Shown: positions 12,831-25,892, counted from the first letter of the stretch. The stretch: 64,000 nucleotides of DNA from Chara braunii (GCA_003427395.1 BFEA01000009.1:569804-633803), one strand, 5' to 3'. Numbers and translations: made by a program. Notes: generated by a model from the sequence alone, not told the origin.

Positions 12831-14116
12831 ATACACACACGTAGTATCCGGTAGTGTGTACATCCACTTTCTAGCGATAGATTCATTCGATTTTATTTTA
12901 TTTATTTATTTATTTTATTTTATTTATCCTATCCGATGGAAGTATCATGAGGTAAGCCCCGAGATTGAAGGCTTACCTGTTCTCTCTTCGTCGTCGCCGT
13001 CGTCACTGTCGTCGGTCTTCGTCGTCAGCCTTCGTCGTCGTCGTCAGCGTCATCGTTGTCGTCAGTCATCACCAGTCGTCGTCAGACGACTTCTCAAAAC
13101 ACCTCACCGCACCCTTCAATCGGTAGGAGCGACGGCGATGTGTACAAAGGGCAGGAACGTAATCAACACGAGCAGATGACTCGTGTTACTAGGCATTCCT
13201 CATTCAAGATCGATAATTACAGTAATCTACCCCGTCATGATGAACCTTAAGAAGGTTACCCGGGCCTTTCGACCCAGGCAAGCTACTCGTTGGATTCATC
13301 AGTGTAGCGCGTGTGCGCCTAGGTAAGAGCTCTTCCTCTCTCTTTTTCTCCTTTCTCTTCTTCTTCTTCTTCTCCTTCTTCTTCTTCATCCTCCTCGCAC
13401 GCCTCCTTCTTCACTCGCGTGCCCGTATCTGTCCTGCGCTCCCCTCTTCCTAGCGGCCACCTTCTTCCCGCTCGTCTTACCTCTACTCCTTCGCGCGTGT
13501 CCACTTGCCTGCTCTCCTTTTCTTTGGGTGCACTCATCTTCTTCGGCGCAACCTCCCCGCGACTCTCTTCCTCTCATTTTCCTCTTTCTCCTCTTCCTCC
13601 TCCTTCTTCTTCTTCTTCTTCCTCTCTACTTCTTCTTCTCCCTCACTGCTTCTACTCCCTCATACCATCTCTGCTATTTTGCGCGCCCCTCTGCGATGCT
13701 CCACCCGCCATCTCTGCTGCTCCGTGCGCACCACCTCCGTACTTGCTCTTTGAGCAACAGCGCCCCCACTCCCGCGCTCGCATGTTTTCTCCTGGCATCC
13801 CCCTCTCGCTTTTCTACTGAGCTTGTCGTCGTGCGCTGCGCTGCCCGTCGAGCCTTCAGTGCAGGCCAAAATTTCGGATGTCGCGTGAATCCGCCTGTTT
13901 ATCAAGGGCTGATTCATTAAAATCGGATCAGTGGAGAGCGGCTTCGGAATCAGAGAGGATCAACAAATAAATAAATAAATAAAAAGAAAAACGAATCTAA
14001 CTAATTTCAAAAAAATAAAAATAAATTAAATAAATAAATAAAAAGAAAAATGAATCTAACTAATTTCAAAAAAATAAAAATAAATTAAAGGAAAGAATCT
14101 AACCACTATCTACTTT

Positions 14117-15441
14117 GTTCTGCCAAGTGTAATCCCCTCGTTTTCAGAGGGCTAACTAACTCTAACTACTTATGAATCTGAGGTCACGGGTTCGAGTCCC
14201 GCCAGCCCTCGGGCGGGGTGAAAACGGGCGGCTGCGGTGCTGCTCCTTATCAAAAAGAGCTAGTTCAAGGTCAAGCGGATTCGATCCTTGAGTTCGGAGT
14301 TTGATGATAAGAACCCGAACCTTCTGAGCTAGCTCCTTATTTGGATAGAAGAGGAGTAGCTCAGATCCATATAGAGTCGTGGGACTTAGTCGAGCCCGTT
14401 TTCTAAGTTTGTGTGTGTGTACACCTACCGATTTGCCTACCTGTTCGAGTGCTTGTCGTCTTGTGTGTGTGTGTGGCCCACAAGGGTACTTGGTCGCCCG
14501 AAAGGCTCGAAGGGCGGGTACTTACCTATAGCCGCGTTATTAAGGGTTGCGGCGGTGAAAACACACAAGTGGCGGGGAAAAAGACCCATAACACTTAGCA
14601 GAAAAATACTCAAGTATCAGGTAGGACGGTACCTTACCAATAGAGGTAGATGTGCCAGGTACTCGGGATTGAGCAGAAAAAGACAAAAGTTGGCATTTTT
14701 AGAGGCCCGGTATCGGTAGATAGGCGGGTACCAGTTCAAGTAGCCTGAGTCTTGGCCCTATGCGGATGGTATCAGAGCTTTCAACGGTGTCTCCTCCTCC
14801 AAAGTGACGAAGGTACCGGTTGCTTGGGTGGCTACGTAGTCAGGGAGTCGCCGCCCAAGACGCAACCTCTTTTCTACATACGGGAGGCTGAAAGGTAGCC
14901 TCAACCTTACTCACGGTATTTGAGTAAGGACAGGTGTACGGACTGCCATTCCCAATTATGGTCGGCAGTAGGTTCCTTTTGGCTGCCCCGGCCGCATGGC
15001 CGAGGTTATATTAATTTTTCAGCCGTCTTTAGATTTTACGGTGGTGCGATCTGCCGACTTTCATATACCGGCCGGTCTTGACGCCCCTGAACTTGTTCTA
15101 ACTCATTTCTGCCTTACCGTCTGATCCTTTAACGGTTTCAGATTGAGGTCGCCAGATCCTGTGCGACCTTTCTTATTTTTTTTTCTTCCAACCCTCTGGC
15201 CCTTGTGGTCGAAGACTTTTAATTTTTATTCACCCCTTCCGGTTGTTGTATGCGTCGTATCACTGCGTATTGTCACCTAGCAACCTCGGCCTCAATGGTC
15301 GAGAAGTTTGCTTCACGGCGCTATGCCAAAAAAATTATCACTTTTTACTCCAGACCGTCTCCGGTACGGTAACCGGTGTCACCACTGTATCGAATGCAAA
15401 ATCATAAGCAAATACCCTGGTAAGGGTGTTTGCTCCGACAG
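14117..15441 (+). repeat. Copy 2 of the ~1.3-kb direct repeat; the element may begin upstream at tgttacta (13184)
   Basis: Colinear with 1-1297 apart from small indels. Confidence 0.9.
14767..14778 (+). promoter_or_regulatory. tRNA-iMet primer-binding-site motif
   Basis: Exact tggtatcagagc; not immediately preceded by an LTR-terminal CA. Confidence 0.55.
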
Positions 15442-15836
15442 CGGCACTACACCTTTTTTTCCGTTTGTGCTCTTTAAAACATCTTGAAACCGCACTGTCA
15501 GGTTTTGGCACGTNNNNNNNNNNNNNNNNNNNNNNNNNNNNNNNNNNNNNNNNNNNNNNNNNNNNNNNNNNNNNNNNNNNNNNNNNNNNNNNNNNNNNNN
15601 NNNNNNNNNNNNNNNNNNNNNNNNNNNNNNNNNNNNNNNNNNNNNNNNNNNNNNNNNNNNNNNNNNNNNNNNNNNNNNNNNNNNNNNNNNNNNNNNNNNN
15701 NNNNNNNNNNNNNNNNNNNNNNNNNNNNNNNNNNNNNNNNNNNNNNNNNNNNNNNNNNNNNNNNNNNNNNNNNNNNNNNNNNNNNNNNNNNNNNNNNNNN
15801 NNNNNNNNNNNNNNNNGAGGGCACGGGATGGTTCCC

Positions 15837-16235
15837 ACTCTGTTACCAGTGTGACGGACCCGCTGTGATGGTGGTCTGTTGAGATGAAGACGAAGGGATG
15901 AGGATGGAGGAGATGGAGATGGAGATGGAGATGGAGATGGACGGGACAACGCAACTCCGACGCAGACTCAACAGGCGCGTACTTCAAAGTGTGCAAAATG
16001 AAGAATGAGGCACAAACATACTACAGTTGGGGTATACCCCCAGCGGACTGATCGGACTGGACTGGACTGGACTGGTACCGACGGTGGTACCCGGCTGGAT
16101 TGGACTTAAACAGCACACAGCCTGTGGGCTAAGACCGTGGCCTGGTCCGACAGACCAAACAGGCAAATAACCTGATAGGCCTTGGCTGTAGGCCAGAGCA
16201 GATAGAGGTCCGCTGGAGCTGTGGAGCTAGTCATG
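15837..16235 (-). mobile_element. LTR fragment with adjacent PBS-like motif
   Basis: Minus strand reads ...gtcaCA-c-TGGTAACAGAGT (PBS-like 15837-15848, LTR end at 15850); same layout as 37266-37279; cut at 16236 by a ctatg-terminus element. Confidence 0.55.
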
Positions 16236-16570
16236 CTATGAATCCCCCGCGACCGCCCGCGACCGCGGGCACCGCGGGCACCACGGGCACGACCATGGTC
16301 GTGAGGCTGTGGTCGTGACCGCCACGGCCTCAGTCTGTCGCGGCCCGCTGCCACTGAGGGGTTTGGGGGTTGGGGGTGGGGGTTGAGGATTGGGGTTCCA
16401 GACCCCCAACCCTAGCCCCTTGAACAAAAAAAAGTTAAGAACAAGATTTCTGTGGGGGTGGTTTTTGGTGTGTGGAATTTTAAAAAAAAAATTGGAAAAA
16501 AAAATAAAATGATTGATTGTTTTTTTGATTGATTGATTGATTGGTGGGGGAGGGGTCCTCCGGGACTCCT
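16236..16570. mobile_element. Terminus of a DNA-transposon-like element (ctatgaatcccccgcgacc) with GC-rich subterminal repeats
   Basis: Nearly identical terminus at 62574 (ctatgtatcccccgcgacc); repeated gcgacc/gggcacc motifs. Confidence 0.55.
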
Positions 16571-16588
16571 CCCTCCCCTCCCCTCGGT

Positions 16589-16671
16589 ACACATACACAC
16601 ACACACAAACACACACACACACAAACACGCACAAATGCGCGCGTGCACATACACACACACACGCACGCAGG

Positions 16672-16708
<37 letters not shown>

Positions 16709-16833
16709 ACACACACATACACACACACACATAGACACACACACACACGCGCGTGCGCACACACACACACACACAAACGTACACAAACTAGGGCGTTGTT
16801 TTGTTTTGTTTTTTTTTCTAATAAATTCACCAG

Positions 16834-16893
<60 letters not shown>

Positions 16894-16941
16894 CCAATTA
16901 CAATGAATGAATGAATGAATGAATGAATGAATGAATGAATG

Positions 16942-16986
<45 letters not shown>

Positions 16987-17000
16987 GTCAATCAATCAAT
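16589..17000. repeat. Compound microsatellite (CA)n, (AATC)n, (AATG)n
   Basis: Direct inspection. Confidence 0.95.
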
Positions 17001-17153
17001 ATTTGTGTCTATCAAAAACGAAAAAAAAAGAAAAAAAAACGGCTTTGGTTTTTCTTTTCATTATTATCTTTTTTTTTGTTCCTTTTATATTTGCATATGT
17101 CAATAAAAGAGAGAATCAAAGAAACATGTGCCCCATGTTTATCTCGCCAGCAA

Positions 17154-17438
17154 CTAGACTACCAGCCGGGCCGCCCGGGTCCCGGGTGGCCAGCCCGTGC
17201 AAGGACCAAGGAAGGTCCCAGGAAAAAAAAAAAAAAACACAAATCCAAAAAGTCAAAAAAAAAAAAACTATGTTATGCAGAAAAATAAACTGAACAACTT
17301 TTGCCTCAGGGTCACATCAGAATTCTTAACCAAATTTAAAATAAAAAATAAAATGTAAAAATATTTTTTTAATTTTTATTAATTTTTATTTTTTCGGCCC
17401 GGCCGGGCAAGTGACCCTGGGCCACTCTGGTAGCCTAG
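17154..17438. mobile_element. MITE with 12-bp TIR and 8-bp TSD (hAT-like), copy 2, inverted relative to copy 1
   Basis: gccagcaa|ctagactaccag...ctggtagcctag|gccagcaa. Confidence 0.93.
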
Positions 17439-17999
17439 GCCAGCAATTAAAAAAAAATAATAATTTTTTTTTCTTTTTCTTAACGATGTTTCTTGTTATT
17501 TTAATAATTGTTTTTTTTTTTTTTTTTTTTTTTANNNNNNNNNNNNNNNNNNNNNNNNNNNNNNNNNNNNNNNNNNNNNNNNNNNNNNNNNNNNNNNNNN
17601 NNNNNNNNNNNNNNNNNNNNNNNNNNNNNNNNNNNNNNNNNNNNNNNNNNNNNNNNNNNNNNNNNNNNNNNNNNNNNNNNNNNNNNNNNNNNNNNNNNNN
17701 NNNNNNNNNNNNNNNNNNNNNNNNNNNNNNNNNNNNNNNNNNNNNNNNNNNNNNNNNNNNNNNNNNNNNNNNNNNNNNNNNNNNNNNNNNNNNNNNNNNN
17801 NNNNNNNNNNNNNNNNNNNNNNNNNNNNNNNNNNNNNNNNNNNNNNNNNNNNNNNNNNNNNNNNNNNNNNNNNNNNNNNNNNNNNNNNNNNNNNNNNNNN
17901 NNNNNNNNNNNNNNNNNNNNNNNNNNNNNNNNNNNNNNNNNNNNNNNNNNNNNNNNNNNNNNNNNNNNNNNNNNNNNNNNNNNNNNNNNNNNNNNNNNN

Positions 18000-18253
18000 G
18001 CCCCGACCCTTCACCCCTGCCCCCGCTGCCAGCCAACCCCAGCCCCACACCCTCCCTCGCCCGCACTATCCCGGGCTCATGAGAAGGGGGTGTAGCCCCG
18101 GGGGGGGCCCGAGGTCAGGCCAAATTGCAGTTTGGCCCAGGGGGTGCAGGCTGCAGCTGCGCACCCCCCTGTTTTTTTTTTTTTTGTCGGGGCCAGGGGT
18201 GCCGGCCCCCGGGACCCCCGCCGGGGCCCCGGGGCTGGGGCTCGACAACCCTA
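18000..18253. mobile_element. One end of a hAT-like element (minus-strand terminus TAGGGTTGTCG) with GC-rich subterminal repeats; other end lost in the gap
   Basis: cgacaacccta ending at 18253, preceded by ccccgggg repeats. Confidence 0.4.
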
Positions 18254-18949
18254 ACCAACAGTAAAGAAAGTACTAACAGGGGGCAGGCGGGGGGCCTCTC
18301 ATTGCACTTGGATCCATATCTTGCTTAACCACACACCAAACCCGCACTGAGGCCGCTAAGAGGAGCGCATGAATGTTTTTTGTCTACACCCGTAAAGATA
18401 ACGAATGTAGTGGTACGGGCGGTGCTGGCAATGCTTGCACACAAAAAGCTAAAAGGCTAGTCGATCTTGTACATTGTATCAAGGTCTTGCTTCACAAAAT
18501 ACAAACTCACACCGAGGCCGCTAAGAATGTATGCCCTTAACCAAAATTACCGAAGCAATAAAAAATGTACTCAAAGGGGGCCGGGGGGAAGGGCTATCGG
18601 ACTTGGATCCATATCTTGCTTCATAACACACAAACCCTAAGAAGTCCGCATGAATGTTTTGTTGTTAGTATATACTCAGGAATATATAATACACATTTCG
18701 TTAAAAGTGAACCTTTTGATTGTTCACTTTTTGTAACAAAGCCGAAATTCATGTTGTAGCGACAAAAATAAGAGAAATTCATGTTCGCAATATGAACTGA
18801 GGAGCGACATAAATAAGAATGAATTGACACAATCATTGCTAAGAGTTTTCGAGAGGCCGCTCTGCAACTCAAAATAAACTCCAGGTGTGTTCGAGTGCTC
18901 CCATCAACGTATAACTTGTAAGAGCTTGAGGGCTTATGACACCTGCTGA

Positions 18950-19940
18950 CCCGCCCCTCCACAACCCCCTACCCCGCACCCTAACCCCCTGGAAGTCACA
19001 TTCTCCCCTCTTGGCTGTTTTCGAGGTGAGTGGACTACACCCTAACCCCTCAAAGTCGCATTATCCACTTTTGGTTATTTTCAAGGTGCGTGGACCAGTT
19101 CCAGTGCTTATAACACCAACAGAATCTTAAACTACGAATTAATTCTCAAATGTTTTTGCACACTTAGTCGTTGGAATAGGTGAGGAGGCACTGCAAGCGG
19201 GATAGAAATGCCACACACTGAGTCATTGGAAGAGGTTAGGAGGCTCTGTAAGCGGGACAGTAATGCCTGCCAGCAAAGCTGGAGGACCCAATTTCAAACT
19301 CGGAAATATTATGTGTTTGAGGACCTTGCTCACACTGAGCCTGACAATTGTGATGCAACGTACAATTCCCACTCTTGCAGATATGAATCATTGCAATTCT
19401 AGTGCATCTTTACCCGTCAAGACGGCAGTTGAGCGCGAAATGAAATCAAAGCGCAGGGGGCCCCTACCCTAGCACCCCAACCCCCTGGAAGTCACATTCT
19501 CCCCTCTTGGCTATTTTCGAGGTGAGCGGACCACACCTTAACCCGTGGAAGTCACATTCTCCCTTTTTTATTATTTTCAAGGTGCGTGAACCACTTCCAG
19601 GGTCTGTGACACCCACAAAATCTCAAACTATGAATTAATTCCCAAATGCTTTTGCACACTTAGTCGTTGGAACAGGTGAGGAGACACTGCAAGCGGGATA
19701 GAAATGCCACATATTGAGTAATTGCAAGAGGTCAGAAGGCGCTGTAAGCAGGATAGTAATGCCTACCAGCAAAGCTGGAGGACCCAATTTCAAACCCAGA
19801 AATATTCACTCTCGCACAGAGCCTGACAATTGTGATGCATCGTACAGTTCTCACTCTCGCAGATGTGAATCATGACAATTCTGGTGCATCTTTATCCGTC
19901 AATATGGCAGTTGAGCGTGAAATGAAATCAAAGCGCAGGT
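18950..19940. repeat. Tandem duplication of a ~500-bp unit
   Basis: ccccctggaagtcacattctcccctcttggct...gttgagcg.gaaatgaaatcaaagcgcagg occurs twice in series. Confidence 0.9.
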
Positions 19941-20279
19941 TAACGTTCATTCCCGCATTATATGAGATTGCGACTGCATTTCGTGCTCGATCACCCATGG
20001 CAGACCCGTTGTCGAGCCCTTCTAGCAAAAATTAGTGGACATTGGGAATCGCTACAACGAAGACGACGAGCGCACATCAAATGTTTTTTGCAACCCAAGA
20101 TGGGACACGCTAAGGCATCGTGCACCCCTTATACCCATATGTTAAAGCGTCGGAAATTGCAAAAGGCTAAAAGCGACCACGTCGGCTGATGCCTTGATGG
20201 TCCGATAGCATCGAAAATTGCAAAAGGCTGAAATCGACCATGTTGACTGACGCTTTGATGGTCTCGTAATGGATGTCAA

Positions 20280-22610
20280 GGTCACGCCACCGTCATTGCG
20301 AAGGTGCGACAAAGGTTGTTTTTGAATTTAGAAGCGGTAGTCGTAAGATGTGAGGAGGCGTTGTAAGCGAGTTATTAATTCCCGTGAGCAAAGGTAGAGG
20401 AGCGAATCGCAAACCACGAATTAATTCGCACATGCTTTCGCACAGTGAGTCGTTGGAAAGGTGATGAGGCGCTTTAAACCACCACTCCCTCTATCAGCAG
20501 GAAATACCCCCTTGTGAGTTCCGACGGGTTCTTAGGGAGGGCGGCGACCGGAGTGCGAAACGGCGGGCCCAGTCTCGCAATTTGACAGCGGCATAGTTGG
20601 CGAGTTTTCACGCTTTGAAGAATTCATAGAAAATTTTGCACCATTGAGGGTTCCTGGATTACCTCGTGGTCCTTTCCTGTGAGAAAAGGTAGAGGAGCGA
20701 ACCGCAAACCACAAATTAATTCGCACATGCTTTCCCACAGCAAGTCGTCGGAAAAGGTGAGGAGGCGCTTTAAACCACCACTTCCTCTGTCAGCAGGAAA
20801 TACCCCCCTGTGAGTTCCGGCGGGTTCTTAGGGAGGGCGACGACCGGAGGGCGAAATGATGGACCCAGTCTCGCAATTTGACAGCGGCACAATTGGCGAG
20901 TTTCGCACTTAGAAGAATTCATAGAAAATTCTGCACCTTTGAGGGTTCCTGGATTACCTCGTGGTCCTTCCCCAAAAAGTATAAAAAATATTTAAACAAC
21001 TCATTTTGACCTCCAAACAACAGTTGCGCCGATTTGGCGCACGTTCTACTTTCGTGACAATGTCATTTATGGGCCAACAGGGAAAGTTTTCCAACTTCAA
21101 GTTTCGCGCTCTGAAGAATGCGTCACAGACCCCAAAATTTGGAGGGTCAGTAAATTTGGTCGTCATCACAAAGGTTGCTTCTGAATTTAGAAGCGGTAGT
21201 CGTAAGAGGTGAGGAGGAGTTATGAGTAAGTTATGACTTCCCTTGATCAAAGGTAGAGGAGCTAATCTTAAACTACGAATTAATTTGCACATTATTTCGC
21301 ACAGTGAGTCATCGAAAAAGGTGAGGAGGCGCTTCAAACCGCCACTCCCACCAATAATCGAAAACACCCCACCCATGAGTAATAGTGTATTCTTAGGGAG
21401 GGCGCCAACTAATGTTCAAAAAATAATTTTGACCTCCAGAGTCCAAACAACCACCACGTCGATTTGGCGGACGTTCGAGTTTTGCCGCAATGTCATTTGT
21501 AGGCCAAGAGGGGAAGTTCTCAAACTTCAACGATTTTTCACGCTTTGAAGAATGCGTCACAGACCTCAAAAAATTGGAGGGTCGGTAGATTTGCTCTTGA
21601 TCTTCAAGGTTGCTTTTGAATGAACAACAGAGGGGGTGAACCGGCAAACGGGGCGGTACGCGAAGAACTACAAATTTGGTACCATGTCCNCTTGATCTTC
21701 AAGGTTGCTTTTGAATGAACAACAGAGGGGGTGAACCGGCAAACGGGGCGGTACGCGAAGAACTACAAATTTGGTACCATGTCCGGACTGGTTAAGTCCA
21801 TCCTAGCAAAATCGTAGTCTCAGTCTAAACTAGCCTGAGTTAGACACATTGCTTAGGAAGTGGTCGATATTAGATCTTCCCTACTGATCTTGGTGGACCT
21901 TGTGCTGTAAGTTTACTGGATTGATATGAGATCCATCAACCTTTTTGGGGCTTCATGCTATTTTGAGAAGTTTATTCGACGAAGTAAAAACTGTGGGAAG
22001 CTGGACCCGGTTTCCAGCTTGGTTTGGCTTCACTTATCGGGTAGAATTGTGATGTTCCCGACCTCGATTTCAATCTGGTTTATAATGAAAAAGCGACAAC
22101 TTCTCAAAAAAAAAAAAAAAAAAAAAAAAACGGTAGTTGCAACATTTTAGGAAACGAGTTATAAATTTTCGTGAGCAATGGTAGAGGAGCGAATCCTACA
22201 GTACGTATTAATTCGCACATGCTTTCGCGCAGTGAGTCGCCGGAGAAGGTGAGGAGGCGCTTTAAACCATCACTCCTTCCGACAGCACGAAACACACCCC
22301 CTGGCAGTTCGGGCGAGTTTTTAGGGAGGCCGGCGACCGGAGGACGAAACAGCGGACCAAGTCTCCTAATTTGACATCCGCACAATTGCCGAGTTTTCAC
22401 GCTTAAAAGAATTTACAGAAAATTCTGAAAATTTGAGGGTTCGTAGATTTGCTCGTGGTCCTTCCAGGGAAAATATAAAAAATATGGAAAAAAATCATTT
22501 TCACCTCCAAACAACAGCCGCGTGGATTTGGCGCACGTTCGAGTTTGGTGACCGATGTCATTTGCGGGCCTAGAGGGGAAGTTCTCCAACTTCAACAATT
22601 TTTCAGCGAC
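20280..22610. repeat. Degenerate complex tandem repeat (units of several hundred bp)
   Basis: ggtagaggagcgaa...aattaattcgcacatgctttc...gaggcgctttaaacc recurs near 20394, 20688, 21252 and 22180. Confidence 0.85.
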
Positions 22611-24743
22611 AAACAATGTCGAAGCACAAGGTTCAAGCATAGTGTGACATACGTTATGGCGATTGACGATGATTTTGGCGAACTTGCAGATATGAACAAA
22701 TTTCAGGTGACAACACAAAAGGTATTCCTTTTCACAAATTTGTAGATGTAAACAGTCTTATCACAAATGTATGTTTTCCAAATTCCGAATATATTACAGG
22801 CAGCATTCAGTGGAGACTACCACATGTATTCTTGCGATACCACTTATTTTTCTGGAGTCCATAAAATGACGCCAAACATACATACATTCTCACAGCAAAT
22901 GATTTTCATTCCGCAATTGTCATATGGAAGCAACACTCAACATTCAGTAGAGACAAAACCGTTCATGGCACACGAAGAATTGGCCTTGGCTGCAGAAGAC
23001 GGGACAGGCAGAAGGAGGGTGGTTTCGGGGAGGAGGATACAACAGAGGGGGTGAACCGGAGAAAGGGGCGGTACGGCGTGCCAAAATTTGTGAAAATCGG
23101 TCGGGGAGGGAGGGAAGGGGGGGAGGGGAGGGGTGTTGGGGTAAGGTGGGTTTCCAGACCATGAAGTTGAGTGTAAGAAAAACAAAAGCAGAGAATTTGG
23201 CGACAAAAAAAAATCATTGATATCTTTCACCGACATCTTGGTAAATGAACCAGAGAATCGACTCTTGTGAGCAGGAGTGTAAATAATGGACACAACAGGA
23301 CAAAGATTGCGCCATGAGTAACACAGAAGCACAACCTGGAAACGAACAAAGGCAGCACGACGCTGCCGCGGTCGTAGAGGACACAAGGAGAATAACCCGA
23401 AAAAAAAACGAAGTCAGGAGGGGACTGGGATATTCGCATCGACATCTAAGCGTCTACTAAAATGATACTACACCACGAGGCCGGAATATTCACAACGACA
23501 TCTAAGCGTCTACTTGACCTACGCTTCCACTGCAACTCTCTGACTGATATCGGGCGGTTAAGGAAAGACAATAACCCGAAAACAAACTAAGGCAGCACGC
23601 CGCTGCCGGCGTCCTAAAGAAAAGGTTTCACGAGGCTGCAACATTTACACCTGGAAAACTAAAAAAACAAGAAAGTGACTACAATCCTCTACAATCCTCC
23701 ACCTCATCCGAAGAACACCAGAGCTCGAGCCAACCAACTGCAAGAACAAGTGGGAATAGATTCACAGTTCTGTTTATGACCTCACAAATTAAAAACTAGC
23801 GTATTCTTTTAATAGGGGTATTATTATGAGCCTTGGATTATATCCACCGCCATCCTCAGCCTAATGTTTGGAATGTCGCTTTGGCCTATCGGAAATGGAG
23901 GTGAATGACCGCGTGCCAGAAAAGAAGCGAAGGCGATCATGAAAACACCGCAGCTCGACCCGTTCGACTATTGAGGGACACCACGAACAACCACCTTCGG
24001 CTCCGGTAGATTCACTTTCGTGTGTCGACCAAATTGACGAACTTCCTCATCACAGAGGTATTTCATGAAGTTCGCAAGCACATCGAAAGAAAAACTGTCA
24101 TCGTCTTGTACGAGGGAGTCGTAGTACTCCAACCCTCCTTCGCGGACGCATTAACAGAAAAAAAAGAGTGTGTTAACACTAAAGTTTAATGGGGAACTTT
24201 GTGTATAACATCATATTTTAATCAGTTTATAAATTTGTTATCTTCATGTTCACGTTAATAATCATGAAGGGGGTTAACCTATATCTATAATCAATGATCA
24301 AATCGGATATCATCGTTTGACCCTTTTCTAACTGTTTACAAACAGTTCATCAAATGTTTATTTTCTCTCCCATCTGTTGAAAACCTGTTGATAAACTGTT
24401 GAAATCATATTGAAATCCAGTGTTGGTGGTGATATTGCAAAATAATGCAAAAAACGGTTAGAAAATCGTTTCAACTTTTAATATAGGGATTATGTTGAGA
24501 GTGGGATAAATTGTCTTAAGTGTGTTGTCCGCATTTATATCACAAAAGGTAATTTTTTTTTTTTTTTTTTTTGCTAACCCTTAATAATTTTTTTTTTTGT
24601 CTGTAGATTTAAGTCTTTTTTTGTCTCTCTTTTGTCCTCTCTCTCTCTCTCTGTGTATATATATACATATATATAGTCAAAGAGAGTTGTCCAGTAAACC
24701 GTAGGCAAAGAGAAAGAAAAAAACAACAAACGAGGGGTTGTGA

Positions 24744-24783
24744 CAGACTATTTTCTCGGAGTTTCACCCACTCATCAGGAGGC
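24744..24783 (-). ncRNA. Degenerate hammerhead ribozyme-like core, homologous to 39692-39748
   Basis: Minus strand cctc-CTGATGA-gtggg-tgaaact-ccgag-AAAA-tagtctg. Confidence 0.5.
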
Positions 24784-24962
24784 AGATATATCTTACAAGA
24801 AAAAGACATGACATGTCTTTGAACAAGAAAATGGGAAGTGGTCAGTAGGTGCATAGTAAAACAAAGCCAATCAATATTTGCAAAGGCAAATTCATATGCA
24901 CCTACCGACCACCATTTTGTTTGTTGTGCGATCTTAGGAAAACAACATTTAATTTATATCAG

Positions 24963-25038
<76 letters not shown>

Positions 25039-25335
25039 TTGAAACCCTCATTTTTTGTAAACTTTCGTTTCTGTACATGGAAAACCATGAAGGTTTTTGA
25101 ATTTTCATGAATAATTATCGATATGACTGTAGTCAACAATGCAATTCTATGTATTTTAGGTAACATGACACAAAAAAACGACATAAAAACGCATATACTA
25201 TAAGCAAAAAAAAAAATCCTTCATTAAGATAAGGACACATTTTTTATCAATTTTTACGTTTGGAATCCTTGATTGCGTTTGTCTCTTCTCTCTCTATCTA
25301 TGTATCTATCTATGTATCTATCTATCTATCTATCT

Positions 25336-25389
<54 letters not shown>

Positions 25390-25394
25390 GTGTG

Positions 25395-25428
<34 letters not shown>

Positions 25429-25506
25429 CATATATATAGTCAAAGAGAGTTGTCCGGTAAAACATAGGCATAGAGAGAGAAAAGGATAATAAACGAGGGA
25501 TTATGA

Positions 25507-25545
25507 CAAACTATTTCGTGAAAGTTTCACCGACTCATCCAGAGA
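25507..25545 (-). ncRNA. Degenerate hammerhead ribozyme-like core, third homologue
   Basis: Minus strand ctc-TGGATGA-gtcgg-tgaaact-ttcac-GAAA-tagtttg. Confidence 0.45.
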
Positions 25546-25892
25546 CTAATATATCTTACAAGAAAAAACTTAAGATGTCCTTAAATAAGAAAATGAAAAG
25601 TGGTCGGTAGGTGCATAGTAAAACAATGACAATCAATATCTACAAAGACAAATTTGTATGCATCTGCCGACCACTACTGTGTTTGTTGTGCGATCTTAGG
25701 AAAAAAACATTAGATTTATACCAGACTCTCTACCTTTTTTTTTTTTTTTTTTTTTTNNNNNNNNNNNNNNNNNNNNNNNNNNNNNNNNNNNNNNNNTTTT
25801 CTCTCTCTCTCCTTTGAAAACTTTGGTTTATGTACATGGAAAACCATGAAGGTTTTTACATTGTCATGAATAATTATCGATATGTTTGTAGT

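Larger units (their letters stand above)
24665..25892. repeat. Tandem duplication of a ~763-bp unit carrying a hammerhead-like core and a 16-39-16 inverted repeat
   Basis: atatatagtcaaagagagttgtcc...tgtacatggaaaaccatgaaggttttt...ttatcgatatg present twice. Confidence 0.9.

Noticed and set aside
11288-17293. ORFs rich in CV, HT, LS or SINQ repeats
   Set aside because: Translations of microsatellites and low-complexity tracts
21596-21785. Near-perfect ~94-bp tandem duplication
   Set aside because: The copies are separated by a single N, typical of an overlapping-contig scaffolding artefact; the same applies to 42740-42805
23830-24160. Protein-like frame with stops (LDYIHRHPQPNVW...TEVFHEVRKHIE)
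   Set aside because: No recognisable family; too decayed to call without a homology search
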